Assembly: GCA_012295275.1 (NCBI GenBank)
Contig: CM022669.1
Location: 2,790,001-2,854,000 of the forward strand
Direction of reading: 5' to 3'
DNA from: Chrysomallon squamiferum
Taxonomy: Eukaryota; Animalia; Mollusca
DNA: 64,000 bases
Position numbers and translations under genes: made by a program. Numbering within the stretch: position 1 is the stretch's first letter; each line of letters begins with the position of its first letter. This document shows positions 1 to 14,200 of the stretch, piece after piece. Under the pieces are notes generated by a model. It was not told the DNA's origin. It saw only the letters and a program-made list of their open reading frames with translations, and did not search any database.

Positions 1-417
1 GTGTGTGTGTGTTTTGTGTGTGAGTGTGTGTGTGTATATATATATTCACACACTCATATATATATATGTATGTATGTATATATATATATATATATATAAA
101 TACACACACACATACACATACAGACATTTTAAAAAATATACTCAGATTAAAAATAAATCACGAACACATTACAGTGATTTATGTGTATTTATCTACAATT
201 ACAAATTAAATACTCGTACAAGAACGCACACGAACACGCACACGAACACACACACACACACATACACGTTAAAAAACACGCACCAAACTTTATAAGTATT
301 CCCTGCAGTTAAATGTCTTTTCATTTCACTACACGGTTTTCCTCTTTATACGGAAATATATACAGATACTTACAAATGTTTCAAGAAGCACTTCAGTTGA
401 ACATATTGTTGCTAAAG

Positions 418-639
418 CTCAAAGACAAATTTGATTATGAAACAGCGTGTAGCAGCCCAAAATGTCGACACTTGTGGTATAAACGTCTAAACTCAAAGAC
501 AAATTTGATTATGAAACAGTGTGTAGCAGCCCAAAATGTCGACAGTTGTGGTATAAACGTCTAAACTCAAAGACAAATTTGATTATGAAACAGAGTGTAG
601 CAGCCCAAAATGTCGACACTTGTGGTATAAACGTCTAAA
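418..639. repeat. 74-bp tandem repeat, 3 copies
   Basis: Unit ctcaaagacaaatttgattatgaaacag..gtggtataaacgtctaaa starts at 418, 492 and 566 with few substitutions. Confidence 0.9.
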
Positions 640-825
640 AAGGGATTTTTAAATTGTCAAATTGTTATTAATTTTGTTTTGACCTTTCTCTGTTTCCTTA
701 AGGCTTTTTTTTTTTTTTATATATCTCTGTTAATTTGTAACCTTTACAAACTTACACTGAAAAATAAACATACATTCAAACACATACACACACACAAATA
801 CATACATAAATACATACTTACATAC

Positions 826-858
<33 letters not shown>

Positions 859-2002
859 GATAGATAGATAGATAGATAGATAGAGAATAGATAGATAGAT
901 ATATGTGGCTCATTCGCTCAGCGTTGTCTTGTTTAACGACAACCTACTCTGAGAACCATCTATCACATTTCCATTGCACATTTTGAACGAGTTCGTCTCA
1001 CTCAGAAAATACGTTTTAACTGATCTGCTCTATAATACGCGCCATTCCGGCAGCGAGTGTCTTTTATTTTATAATACGACGGGAAGCAATCGGTGGTGAA
1101 TAATCTCACTGAGAAATAAAGATAGCAATTAAGACGTGGCTGAAGGATCTCTTTTGGCAATGGTTAATAAGCCAAGTCTCATGATAGAGACAACTTTCCC
1201 CTACATACCAATTAGTTTTTGGTCGTTAGTTGCCTTAGAGGCAACATGCATGATAGGAAACTTAGTAGTTCGTGTGAAATGATTACAAATACACGTGGTT
1301 ACTAAGTAATAAAAGAAATATCGTGTGAAGCGACAATAAGACGCCTACAATGATCGACATGCATAAGCATACATATAATGCGAAACCAACCCCCCACGTA
1401 CTCACACGCATACCCCCCTACATATAAACACTCATATAAAGATGCACAGATTCGCACGTCCATCCAAACATATTATATATATATATATATATATTATATA
1501 CATGCATACAAATAACCACAGCCATCTGCTGTCTATCGCTTCCTTTCTGTCTTACGCACATACACGCACGTGTAGACACAGACGATGTCATGCGTTACTG
1601 ACAGCCCAAACTAGCAATGCTGTGATTTAATTAATTCGCGGTGAAAGTACATTTAACAAGTTTGCAGTATTCTTAAACTTCTCTTCAGGTCCCAAATAAC
1701 TTGACACTTTGGAAAAAAATCTTGACTGTATAACGGAGACAAAACAATAAGCAATGCATATACTGTCTTTGAAAGTTCCCGGCAAACCGAAAAGGAACAT
1801 CTCTACTGCGTTAAAGTGATTATTTTCTTTGTTATTGTGTTAGCAGTAAAACTGAGACACGTCAGTATTTAAACCTCTAAGATGTTTACTGAAATGTTCT
1901 TGTTATGGTCAGACCGGTAAGCACAAATCGTGCGTAAACAACTCTCTGTCGGTTTGTCTCTTTGACCTCTGACTGATAGCTTGACTGTTTTTCTTACTGC
2001 CT

Positions 2003-2082
2003 GTCCGCCTGTCTGTATGTCTCTCTGACTATACATCCGTCCGCCTGTCTGTATGTCTCTCTGACTATACATCCGTCCGCCT
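2003..2082. repeat. 36-bp tandem duplication
   Basis: gtccgcctgtctgtatgtctctctgactatacatcc occurs at 2003 and 2039, and a third copy begins at 2075. Confidence 0.8.
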
Positions 2083-2220
2083 ATCCGTCAGTCCGTTGGT
2101 CTGTCTGCGTGTCCGTCCGATCACCTTTAATTTCAAATCGAATAATAACTACAGAAAATATCCATTGCTGATTTAACAAAGATTTATTCTAAGAGAAAAT
2201 ATTTACTTGCTTAAGTAAAC

Positions 2221-2275
2221 GGTAGCGCAGTAGGTAGATATCTGAATGAGGTGAATTCGATCCTCACCTGGGGCA
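2221..2275 (+). pseudogene. tRNA-like fragment (degenerate tRNA or tRNA-derived SINE head)
   Basis: A-box-like tagcgcagtagg, B-box-like attcgatcc inside an aggtga/tcacct stem; the anticodon arm is missing. Confidence 0.4.
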
Positions 2276-3615
2276 TTTCTGGTGGGGTTTTTTGGTGTTA
2301 ATATATATATACATCTAAAACTGATTAAAATAACGGATCATTGTTATAAACAACATAAAGAAAAAACAAAGAACCAAACAACAACAACAACAACAACAAC
2401 AACAAACAACCCTACCAAAAATAACAAAAACAACAACACTCTAACAAAGAGACAAGCAAATAAATAACACTTTAAAACGACCATCATTACAGATGATGAA
2501 TAACAAACACACTTTTGTTTTTCCCATACCAGTGTCACCTAATAACAAAGTAAAGTATGACTATAAAATAACAAACTACGAGATACTAAATTTGTTTCGA
2601 CGATTTGTTATTTCCTATACACAGATGTAAAACAACACCAGACGAGCTACAAGTATGTTTTTCTATATTTCAGGTATGAAATAACAGTGGTTGCTTTCAG
2701 CTGACAGTATTGTGATGGATAATGACACATTTTTAAAAAATTTATAAAGAAAAACATCGCTCAGTAAAAACGAAGAGATGGTATTCGGCATGCGGTTCAC
2801 AATTATTATGTAGAGATTTTTCGAACTGTTTTAAATTGTCCAAAACGTAATTAGACGAGTCAAATACTATATTTTTCCTGCCGACGTGGTAGCCCGTCTG
2901 ACACAAACATACAGAGAACAATACAGCTGTTTTATATCACTGATTATTTTGCTAATAAATTTAGATCGAAGGTCTGTTACTCATCTGATTTAACAGTACG
3001 ACAACAGACTGTTTTCTTGATAATAACGTGTTTACATTCTGTTTTTACACAAACTTGTAAATACATACACACATTTCAATACGTTGATGGGATGGAATAT
3101 ATTTATATCTCTCTGTCTATCTCTATCTCTCTGTATTTATCAGTCTACATATATGTATGTACGTATCTATAGTTATATATAATCAGTCCGCAAAATAGGT
3201 TGTGATTTTATTTGTGTACGTATACGTATAAAAATGGGTTTGTTTACGTTTCTTTTTGTTTGTATGTCTGTGTATGTTGGTGTATATTTAGAAGTATACG
3301 TAGAGATTTACAAAAATCCTTTGTTAAACAAGCCGTTGTCTGTCACGAGAAATCATGTGAGTAGATAATAACTCCAGCAACAGCGCATTGCATGACCACT
3401 AGAATTCATGCAAATAAACTGATATAAATATAGTCAACAAAATATTCGTAGTCGTTAACATTATAATAACCATTTAGATTTGAATTTGATTTAATGTCTG
3501 TCAGAAATGAAGTTAATATTTGGAGTAAATGTAGCTTGATATTGAGTCTGAGGTTGTATAGTCGAGAGAAAGTAAAGTAATAAGTGGAATATGTTGTCGA
3601 TTAATTCGATATGCA

Positions 3616-3724
<109 letters not shown>

Positions 3725-4225
3725 TTTCCGCAGCACTGTATTGAAAAATGATAATGACATTGTTTAATGCTGTTATTTATATTCAAACTACGTCTAATAT
3801 AATGACTACAACGCTTGTCAAGTAACAATCAATATACGTTATTAAAAAGAAAAAGAAAGCTGAATAATAAACTATTATCCTTATATATAAATATTTTACA
3901 TGCGAAGACATATTATTTTATTTTTCGATTACCATAACAGGCTTCAAAATCTCTAAAAATAGACAACACATTTATTCTCATATTTAAACAACTCTTTTTA
4001 TATTTATTGTTGTCAACATCATTGTCTTAAACTTCATTGATTTAAAAATATCACCAACTTGAATTGCTATGCAACGGTACCTCGCTTATTATCAGTTCTT
4101 TTTATACAGTAAACATTTTAAATTAAACATTTTAACATTATTTTTTTCTTTTTTTCTTTTTTTAAATTTTTCCACAAAATGGACGAGTTCAGCTTCTACA
4201 TTTCTGACATATTTTTTTCCAGATC

Positions 4226-5729
4226 ATGGACAGTCCTTGTAATTCATCGAATATGGACGACAACTGTTCAAATTCCACTGGTAAGTATTTATAATTGGGA
4301 ATAAACTATAAGTAAAATCGTGTATGGGAAGAAAGCTTTTGTGATGTCAGTGTTTGATAAACAAGAACAATGTTTTATTGGAATTATGCTATACATTAAA
4401 AACACTGCACTGTACTAGCAACATTATTTTTATTCAGTAAACGTGAAGAAATTAAATTTAAACTCAACGATTCTCGACATCTTCAGTTTGGATAATCTGA
4501 AGCGTTCCCATGCAAAGCGTGGTCGAACCTTCTTTCTGAGTGAAACATGATTAAAAATGTTTAATGCTTCAAACTTCGTGAATCATGTTAAAATGGAGGA
4601 TTGATTTTGACAACAGAATCAATTTTCACAACAAATTTTACCTTTATGTTTTCTTATTAAATTAATTTTATATTTGTACACAGATTTTTATGATATAAAA
4701 CACTGAATCGTTTCAGGTCTGTATTACGCTGGTCACTTGACTGGTAACGACTGGGGATGGATCATCAAGCAAGTCTGCACACCAATTATTGTGTTCGTCG
4801 GAATAGTCGGCAACTGTGTGTCCTTTCTGCTAATGAAATCGAGGCCCCTGAGACGAAGATCTTACAGTCATTACTTGTGTGCTCTCGCCATATTCGACAG
4901 CCTCACTCTGGTAGGCCAAGAGGTTTACCTCATTGATTCACTTCTCAGAAATCTCGAGAAACCGGGCATCTTTTTACATTTCAGTACAGCTGGATGCAAA
5001 ATATTCACCTTTATCGAGTCCATTTGTTTCTTAATGTCTTCTTGGTTGGTCGTCTGCATGGCTTTGGAAAGAGTCCTTGTGGTTTACACGCCGTTCCGTA
5101 AACACTCGATCTGTACTCAGCGTGGAGCCGTCGCTGTCATTCTAGCCGTGTTTGTGTTTGTGTCCTACACGCAGCTGTTCCGTTTAATAATGGTGACTAA
5201 GGTACGAGATCACTGCGAGAGTAAACCCTCATTCAGACAAGATTACCTCAGACTGCACATTTATTTCTACCAAATTGGTCTCGCCTTCACACTTCCAATT
5301 CTTTGTGTCTTTGTCTGCAATATGATGGTTCTTCGAAAGATCAAGAAAATCGAAAAGGCCGCAACGGGAGAGAACTCCTCTTCAACTCGACTGACACGTA
5401 CTGCTGCGAAACGTCACAAAACGACCAGGATGCTGCTGACCATAAGCTTCACTTACGTTTTCACGCTGCTGCCGACGGTGTTGATCACGGTGTTGACTCT
5501 TATCGTCATTAGAGTTGCGGATGTCAAGTACGCTAGGTACTTCATGTATCAGATTTCGCCGTGGAAGGACTTATTCGTGGTCGTAACTGAAATTAATTAC
5601 GCGGCAAATTTCTTTATTTATATCTTATCAGGGAAGAACTTTCGATTGCATCTTAGTCGAATGTTTTCTAGAGAGACGAACCAAACGATCAACAATACCA
5701 AAACAAGAATTGAAATTACTCATATGTAA
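4226..5729 (+). CDS. Rhodopsin-like (class A) orphan peptide GPCR, FMRFamide/sex-peptide receptor-like clade, 355 aa, 2 coding exons
   Basis: join(4226..4280,4717..5729). ATG follows an acceptor (ccag-atc-ATG); donor G|gtaagt; acceptor tttcag|GT; phase 1 is consistent. N-terminus MDSPCNSSNMDDNCSNSTG has three N-glycosylation sequons. Seven hydrophobic segments with GN (TM1), LAIFD (TM2), C and ALERV (TM3) and NFFIY (TM7). Confidence 0.9.
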
Positions 5730-6370
5730 CAGTGGGAAGTGGTAGGTTAATGTTTTCATTACACAGCAATGCCAAGAGAAGAGTTTAAATTACACGTATG
5801 TGACAGCGAGCAGTTCTAAAACCAGGAATTTATATTATATTAATGAAACACAAAGAAATGAAATAAATGCATGTTAAATTACATAACCGGCAAAGTCTAC
5901 AGTGATGAAACAAAGAATTGAAAATACGGATATTTGAAAGTGAACAATGTCAAAACAAAAACTGAATTTTCTCATAATATATAAGCAGGTCAAAAATGAG
6001 ATTAAATTACACACGTGAGTAAAATAAAAAAGAAAAAAAAAAAAAAATCGCGCCAACTAACATGAAGATTACAATCAGTTCTTTGTCAGTCACGTTTTTT
6101 CTTGGCCACGTTCTGGTTTTAACTTCTAACATGTAACATTTGTTTTCCAAAATACAATTTATACTGAACCAAAATCTCAAGGGTACAGGTTTTTTTTGAC
6201 ATGATGAAGATTGAAATCTAATTAATAGGTATGTCAATAACCAGCATCGGATCAAAGACTGAAACGACACGACTGCAATATCTCGTTTACTGTTTCAGCA
6301 TCTCTTCACATTCACACTGCATACCAGCTACCAACATGTACAAGAACTACTATTTACTGATAGTCTAACT

Positions 6371-6587
6371 CAGGGGTTTCAAACTTTTTGACTTGCGGAC
6401 CCCTTTATATTTCAGGCTTTACCTTAGGGACCCCCTTATAAACGCTTATGAAATTTATAATAAATATTTGTTTAAAAAAACATATATAAAATCAAACTGC
6501 CCATAAAAAGTATTCGCTGTTCACGGACCCCCTGTCTTGTACTTGCGGACCCCCTGTGGTCCGCGGACCACAGTTTGAAAACCCCTG
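6371..6587. mobile_element. hAT-superfamily (Charlie-like) MITE, 217 bp
   Basis: TIRs CAGGGGTTTCAAACT and AGTTTGAAAACCCCTG; perfect 8-bp TSD gtctaact at 6363-6370 and 6588-6595; internal repeated (gc)ggacccc motifs. Confidence 0.9.
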
Positions 6588-7311
6588 GTCTAACTGACTG
6601 AAATGTTTTGTCATGTTCATCTATTAAGGAGTATAAATCATGTTCTGAATATACAACTGGAGTTCACCTGTTAGTCTGTATGTTCTTTTTGTTTTTGTTG
6701 AGAACAAATAAATTAACAACAAATAAAAAAAAGCCTGTTGTATATGTATTTATTATTATTATTATTATTAATATTATTATTATCATTATTATTATTATTA
6801 TCATTATCGTTGTTGTTGCTGCTGCTGCTGTTGTTGTTCTTTTTGTTGTTGTTGTTATTATTATCATTATTTCCTTTGTTATTATTGTTATTAGTAATTA
6901 ATAATAATATTACTAGTAACATTGTTGTTGTTATTATTATTAGCATTTTGGCATCTTAAATAAAGTATCTTTTTTTTTTTTTTTTTTAACTTTACACTAA
7001 ATAACTGATTATTTTTATGTATTGTTACACTTTGCTTTCCCATTTCTTATGCTGCCTTACAAAGTAAAATATCGAAAATTTTATGAAGACCGAAGGGAGG
7101 TAATCCACACATGGCATTTTCAATTACAGACTGGGTTTTTTCGGTGTAATGTTAAAAACAACGTCTGCTGAGAAAACGTTTGTTTTTTCGAATGTTCGTT
7201 TGTTATTTATTTGCTTTGTGTGTATGTGTGTGTGTGACTCGTATGTGTGTTTATGATGCACCTATGTATGTATATGTATCACTGTTTGTGCATCGAACTA
7301 TGTGGAGGAAA

Positions 7312-7346
<35 letters not shown>

Positions 7347-7414
7347 ACAACAACAACAACAATACATACCAAATAATCATACCAAAAGCAACTTCCACCA
7401 CAAACACCCCCCCC

Positions 7415-7846
7415 ACACAAACACCCACACATACACATACACAATTACAAACACGTGCACACAAACACACACACGCGCACACACACAAACACACACACCC
7501 ACACACACAAACACCCCCCCACACACAAACACCCACACATACACATACACAATTACAAACACGTGCACACAAACACCCACACATACACATACACAATTAC
7601 AAACACGTGCACACAAACACCCACACATACACATACACAATTACAAACACGTGCACACAAACACCCACACATATACAATTACAAACACGTGCACACAAAC
7701 ACCCACACATACACATACACATTACAAACACGTGCACACAAAAAAATAAAATAATACACAATTACAAACAAAACACCCAACATACACAATTACAAACACA
7801 CACAAACACACACACACACATACACAATTACAAAACGTGCACACAA

Positions 7847-7860
<14 letters not shown>
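7415..7860. repeat. 44-bp CA-rich minisatellite (about 6 recognisable units)
   Basis: Unit cacaattacaaacacgtgcacacaaacacccacacatacacata; aattac recurs at 7551 and 7595. Confidence 0.85.
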
Positions 7861-7889
<29 letters not shown>

Positions 7890-9497
7890 CATATAGACAT
7901 TAATATGTTAAAATAAAATAATAAAACATCCAAACACATGAACACAGATACATACACACACACATAATATATATATTAATATGAAAATAATAACACAAAC
8001 GTACGCGCACACGCACATATAGGCATAGAAATGAGTAATTATCAAAAATTCAGTTGTTCTTTGATCACCTGTATATTAATATTTTCATCTGACTAACGAA
8101 CCTGAACTTTAACCTAACAGTAACAGACTGTTGAAAAACAATATCTATTTATCTCAATATCTGACTTTCTGTGTTCTTGCCTACCAAACTACTTGTCTGT
8201 ATGTATGTATGTCTATCTACTTATCAAGCCAGCTGTTATTGCTGCTGTTGCTGGTTCTGGTGGTATATTTACATAATATTATAAATTGAGATAATAAATT
8301 GATAAATATCTATAATTTAATATACAGTCAGTTCATATATGTTTATTTGTTACTTCACGAGTAGAGGGTCAAGGGTAGAAAACAGATGTTTTTTTCTCAT
8401 ACAAGAACACACTCGTTTGAAAACACGAACGTTACGTTATAACCAGTCACTCTACAGATAAACACATTGGTCCTCTAGTGATAAAATAAATATTAACAAA
8501 TTTCAAACAATCTGAATAAGAAATTAACGCTTGTATTCTTTGACAGGTACGTACTACTATTTCATAAACATTTAAATATTCGGCATTTCATGTGTTACAT
8601 TTATGTTGACCTTCTACATATATAATCAGTCAAATACTTACGCACATAAACCCCCCCACACACACACAAATTCTCCTCACACACACATCTATATATATCT
8701 AGACAAGCACACAAATACATCTGTTAAATACATGTACAGACACATAAACACTCCTACATACAAATACATGTTCAGGTATTCAGCAGTTGTGATTGTTGGT
8801 GTTATTATTATTATCATTACTATCATCATGATCATTATTATCATCTTCTTCATCAACATCATCATTCTTACTGTTATTAAAGAGAAACATCGAATCAGTA
8901 TTCCATTATGACAGTTTCAGCTCCAAACTTTCCTTTTGATCTAGAATCTCAGAAAACTATTTATTTTACTAAAAAACCCAACCCAAAACATAAACTTGTT
9001 TTGAAGCTATATATTAATAATAACAGTATAAAATATTCTGCAAGGTTGTTTCTGTGGCAGCTTCTAAAATTACAACAGCTTATTCATAATTTGAGAATGA
9101 TATTAATAATGAAGTTCATTTATCAGTGTCTGGAAATTGCCAGGCGTAAACCCACGGAGAGACGGAGAGGTCAAATCATTCCCCGTGTATAAGTGTTAAA
9201 AAACATTCGTTTTAGATAATTACATGTCGGCAGATTTCAATTTCATTTTATATGCACGCAACAATAAGCAGGGTCAGCGAAACTACCACGTTCACTTGTA
9301 ATTCCCCGTGATAACTTTGTTTGTTTTGAATTACCATAACATCACAGTGAGGAGATATTAATAATTCGACTGTTGTGGTTATTTTCGTAATTCATGACTA
9401 AACTTAAATGTCTGTTTATGTTTATATTCAGGCTCGGAACATTAATTTTCTAAACTGCCGGCGAAAGAGTTTTTGAGCCGTTCACGTTTGAATATAT

Positions 9498-10003
9498 CTG
9501 TGTGTGGTACAACGAAATAATGACTGTACCTCCATACATCTGTGTGTGGTACAACGAAATAATGACTGTACCTCCATACATCTGTGTGTGGTACAACGAA
9601 ATAATGACTGTACCTCCATACATCTGTGTGTGGTACAACGAAATAATGACTGTACCTCCATACATCTGTGTGTGGTACAACGAAATAATGACTGTACATC
9701 CATACATCTGTGTGTGGTACAACGAAATAATGACTGTACCTCCATACATCTGTGTGTGGTACAACGAAATAATGACTGTACAAATGGTACAACGAAATAA
9801 TGACTGTACATCCATACATCTGTGTGTGGTACAACGAAATAATGACTGTACATCCATACATCTGTGTGTGGTACAACGAAATAATGACTGTACATCCATA
9901 CATCTGTGTGTGGTACAACGAAATAATACATCCATACATCTGTACAACGAAATAATGACTGTACATCCATTTCTGTTTTTGATTTTAATGACTGTACATC
10001 CAT
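9498..10003. repeat. 42-bp minisatellite, about 11 copies
   Basis: Unit ctgtgtgtggtacaacgaaataatgactgtac(c/a)tccatacat starts at 9498, 9540 and onward, with truncated units toward the 3' end. Confidence 0.95.
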
Positions 10004-10378
10004 CTTTCGTATTTAACAAAACAAAACCAAAAAAAAAAAAAAAATAAAAAATAAATAAAATCCGGCAACAAAATATTGTATCTCAGAATTTCATAAAAGT
10101 AGCCATTAGCTGTAGTATTTTCGCCTCGATCATAGGTCAGTTTTTTAAATACGTCAATGTATTGCTACAGGATAGACCGACCTACGCTAGGCTCGGAACG
10201 TTTTAAATTTATAAAAATATTAAATATCATTAAGATGTTTTAAAATCATATAAGTACAAATATTTGATGTTTTGCACCTAAATCCACTCTTAGCTGGAGG
10301 TGTTATCAATCATCAAGTGACTCGCTGTCATTGTATTTAATGTATAATCTATTAAAATAATAACAAGCATATAATAAC

Positions 10379-10439
<61 letters not shown>

Positions 10440-11134
10440 TGAAAAATAATTAACAAAAAATTAGTTGTTTTTTTTCGTATAAATATTATCATCAAAAGTC
10501 TTTATATTTCGTGTAGAAACTATTTTACTGACTTTATTTCAAAATCTATATGGACTAAAAAGATGCCAACTAATCTGTGACACTATAGCTTTCTCTTTGT
10601 ACAGCGGAGTGTTTAACAATGGTGCAATGAGAGCTAGTCTTGGTTCATTGCCATCTAGAAATATTCAGTAAATTATTTACCCGAAACGCTCAAAGACCTC
10701 CAGGATTGAGTGACTAAATAACTAAATTAAAAAATAATAAATAAATAAAAAACAGAAAACTCCAATCACAAAAAAAAAAAAAAAAAAAATAAAATAAAAT
10801 AAAATAAAATAAAATAAAATAAAATAAAAAAATAAATAAATAAATAAATAAACCTGATAATTTATTTCGTGGATAAACTTGGTAATTCATCTTTACATTC
10901 TTTCGACCTCATCATTATCTACTAGGAGTCAGCTGGAAAGTGGCCCCCACCAATACACGCGTGATTCCCTGTTAACTACAGCAGCAACAAGCTGACAAGT
11001 TCTAGACTTTAATATCTCATGTCATTCTAAAAAATAAACCTTCTTAGCCATTCTGAGATTTTACATTTTTGATATGATCACGCTAGGACCGTGGCTTGAG
11101 AATTTTCACCTGTGCCTCCAGCTTATTTCACTGC

Positions 11135-11254
11135 CAATATCAGCTTTTCATTGACAATATCAGATTTTCATTGACAATATCAAATTTTCATTGACAATAT
11201 CAGATTTTCATTGACAATATCAGCTTTTCATTGACAATATCAGATTTTCATTGA
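11135..11254. repeat. 20-bp tandem repeat, 6 copies
   Basis: caatatcag(c/a)ttttcattga repeated. Confidence 0.9.
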
Positions 11255-14200
11255 GAGTTTCTTTTGTGCATCCCTGAAACGCTATTCATGACAATATGTC
11301 CGAAATATTATTAAATATTTAAATACTGGTAAATTGATATTTTGGCTCAAAAGGTGTACGCCAGAATGATTTTCACAAATCACAAAACACATCATTTTCT
11401 TCCGGACGACTTAATGACCTCATCAGAAGTTTGGTTTGTTAAACAGTTGTATGGTATATACTAGCATCACTAATCCTATTTCAACATCAGAACAAATTTA
11501 TGCTGTTTTATTTATTTATTATTTTAATTTGAAATTGTGTTATTTTTAGTTTTATTTTATAAGAGATTTGAGTAATTATGTCATGTCTACAGCTCCAAAG
11601 AAGAAAATGGTGGCTTTCACGAAACTGCAAGGTAGCAATTTTTAATCTTTTTCACTGGCAAACATTCAATAGTAAGACGGAAGTGTACACAATGCATTTA
11701 TTTCTGTGTACACTTATCCTTTTCATATTTACTTCAGTAGCTGTTTTTTGTGATTTCGTTTCTCATAATTTTTGTTTTTGTTTTTTTGTTTAATTTTCTC
11801 TTAGTTATTTTTACGTTTACTTTTCTATTTGTGGAATTTGTCTGTTCACTTCTCTTCACAAATTCATAGTACATATTAACGATTCAGCAGTCTCCTCAGA
11901 ATATAATAAATATTTAGTGAAAACAGATTTATTATTTAAATAGTAAGTGACTGGATTGTTTAATACACATTACCAAATAACTTTTTAATGGAAACCGTGT
12001 TTTTCTTGCACTTAAATATCGAACCACTGAAGTTCTGACAAAGCTAGATGTTTTGTATTTTCAGAAATAAAAAGATGTGTTTCGGAATAATCGATAAGAG
12101 ATTCTCTCAGCTGTGGTCGACGCTCGTTCGTTTGGTTGTTTGACGTTACGTTATCTTTGCTGCAGCGAAAACGTTTCGTTTTCAAAGTAATTTACTGTGC
12201 TGGTTAGTTTATTTATTTATTTATTTATTTATATATTTATTGTATTTTATATAACCTAATGTTGTTCTTGTTGTCATTTTTAAAATGTATTGTTGTTATT
12301 TATTTATTATTGTATTACAATTATTTAATATCTGCTGTTTATTTCCTACTTAATATTATTTATCTATTGTTATCTTTCATATTTATTAATTTATTAGTTG
12401 ATAATAATAGCAACTGACATATATTTTTTATATATACTTATATTTAAATAAATAAAATCAACAACTATCACACACTTACTCGTTAGCTCTAGTATCACTT
12501 TGCATAGTTATGTATATTCATGTTTTCTTTGTTCGTTATCGGCTGAAGATTAATGTGTTATCTCTCATGTCAGGATAGAAATTCTATTTTTTTATGTTTT
12601 TTTGTAAAAAGCTTTTGTCAGTTGGCTTATTAAAAATGTATCATTATCGATCCGTATTACATGTATTCTATACAAGAACTTTTGCTTATTGTAATATATA
12701 TCATACAAATTACTACTGTTGACTGTGATGCGGCTTTTGTAAACACCATTCTTTTGGCATAATGTTTCCATTATATTAATAATGCATGCACTGGTAAACC
12801 CAAATTCTGAGACAGAATACATTTTTTTTCTGGCTGTCTGTCTGTAAACAAATACAGGTATCTATAGCAATACAATTGAATTATGTAGGAAGACGTGCTT
12901 TTATTTAAAAAAGAGTTATGTTAAAATCATCATCATCATCATCAACATCATTATCACCATCATCATCAAAAGTCCATTGTTATTATGATGATGACGACAT
13001 CATATATTAAAAAAAAATACCTGTTACACTTGTACAAACGTACAAATGTCTTTTGTTATCAGTAGTATTTTTATTGCACAAATATAACAGTTATCAGGTA
13101 GTTTGTAAACTGTATAGGGCAGCAGCAAGAATTCTGTAGGGAAATATTCTGAAATTATCATCGTCGCCATTATAATAACCGGTACAGTATAATTATTATT
13201 AATGTTGTTGTTGTTGTTGTTAGTGTCGTCCTCCTCCTCCTCCTCCTCAACAATTATACATTATTATTCTTATAATCGTCATCGTCACTGTCGACATGAT
13301 CATAATAACCGGTACATTATTAGTGTTGTTGTTGTAGTAGTTGTTGTATTATCATCATCATCATCACTGTGTAGCCTCAGAGTATCTTAAAGCTAGTGCG
13401 TTAGCCATATAACATGTCGGCAATTTCATAAGGTCAAGCTAACGACATCCGATTGTTCAGGTTTTCTTGCAGAAATAACTTATTATACGCCTGGATTCAG
13501 AAAAGCAAAGTCTAATAACAGCGTGAATAGTGAAGACGACACTGAAACTATAATCTGACAAAGACCGCTATGCCTATCACTCCATGAGCCTCCACGTAAA
13601 GTTAATTGTCTTCGCGAGGAAACGTAATTAAGAAAAATCGATAAATATACTTCTATGTAAAAAGCTTTCTGTAGACTTGAAGTTTAGACACCAATTATGA
13701 AATTAACATATTTTCGTCTTTTTAAAAAAAAGAAATAAAATAAAATAAAAAGGTAATAATAATAATTAAAACAAATTAAATAATATAAAAATATATATAT
13801 ATATATATATATACATATAGTTATAATTTTGCCATTCAGGCTCATCATTAAAGATATATTTTTACCAGCAGGTTAATTAACAAAGAGCTCGGCGCTTGAA
13901 TCACTTATTTGCTGGTATTTTAGACCAATGACGTTCAGTTTGATGAAAGCGTAGACAGAGTACTTCCGTGCTTCACTAAGCAGAGTCAAACTCGTACATC
14001 AAACTAGATGACACTTTGCCAGTGAGGCAGATGATGGTAAAGAGAAGAGAAAAATATGTCGTCTAAAAGACAAACAGATTACTCTAAAGCACTGCAGAAC
14101 CATATCAGAAGAAAAACAACTACAAAATCTTTAACAAGGTTTGTGAGATTTTTCATTTTTGGGTCCAAAAATTAGATAAAACAGTTAGTTTCAAATATCA

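Noticed and set aside
5-295. Low-complexity ORFs (HT, CV, MYVC, LS, poly-I/N/S) here and at 3491-3828, 6608-7903, 17137-17674 and 21304-21916
   Set aside because: They are microsatellite translations.
9498-10003. CRISPR-like regularly spaced repeats (also 418-639, 17554-17958 and 61937-62470)
   Set aside because: There are no unique spacers and no cas genes; these are head-to-tail tandem arrays in a eukaryotic genome.
9442-10047. Five overlapping ORFs with 14-aa repeats on both strands
   Set aside because: They are translations of the 42-bp minisatellite, whose unit length is a multiple of 3; there are no splice signals or coding context.
12065-12187. Exon-like segment with acceptor, ATG and donor
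   Set aside because: The ATG frame stops after about 22 codons and shows no recognisable similarity; at most it is a UTR exon.
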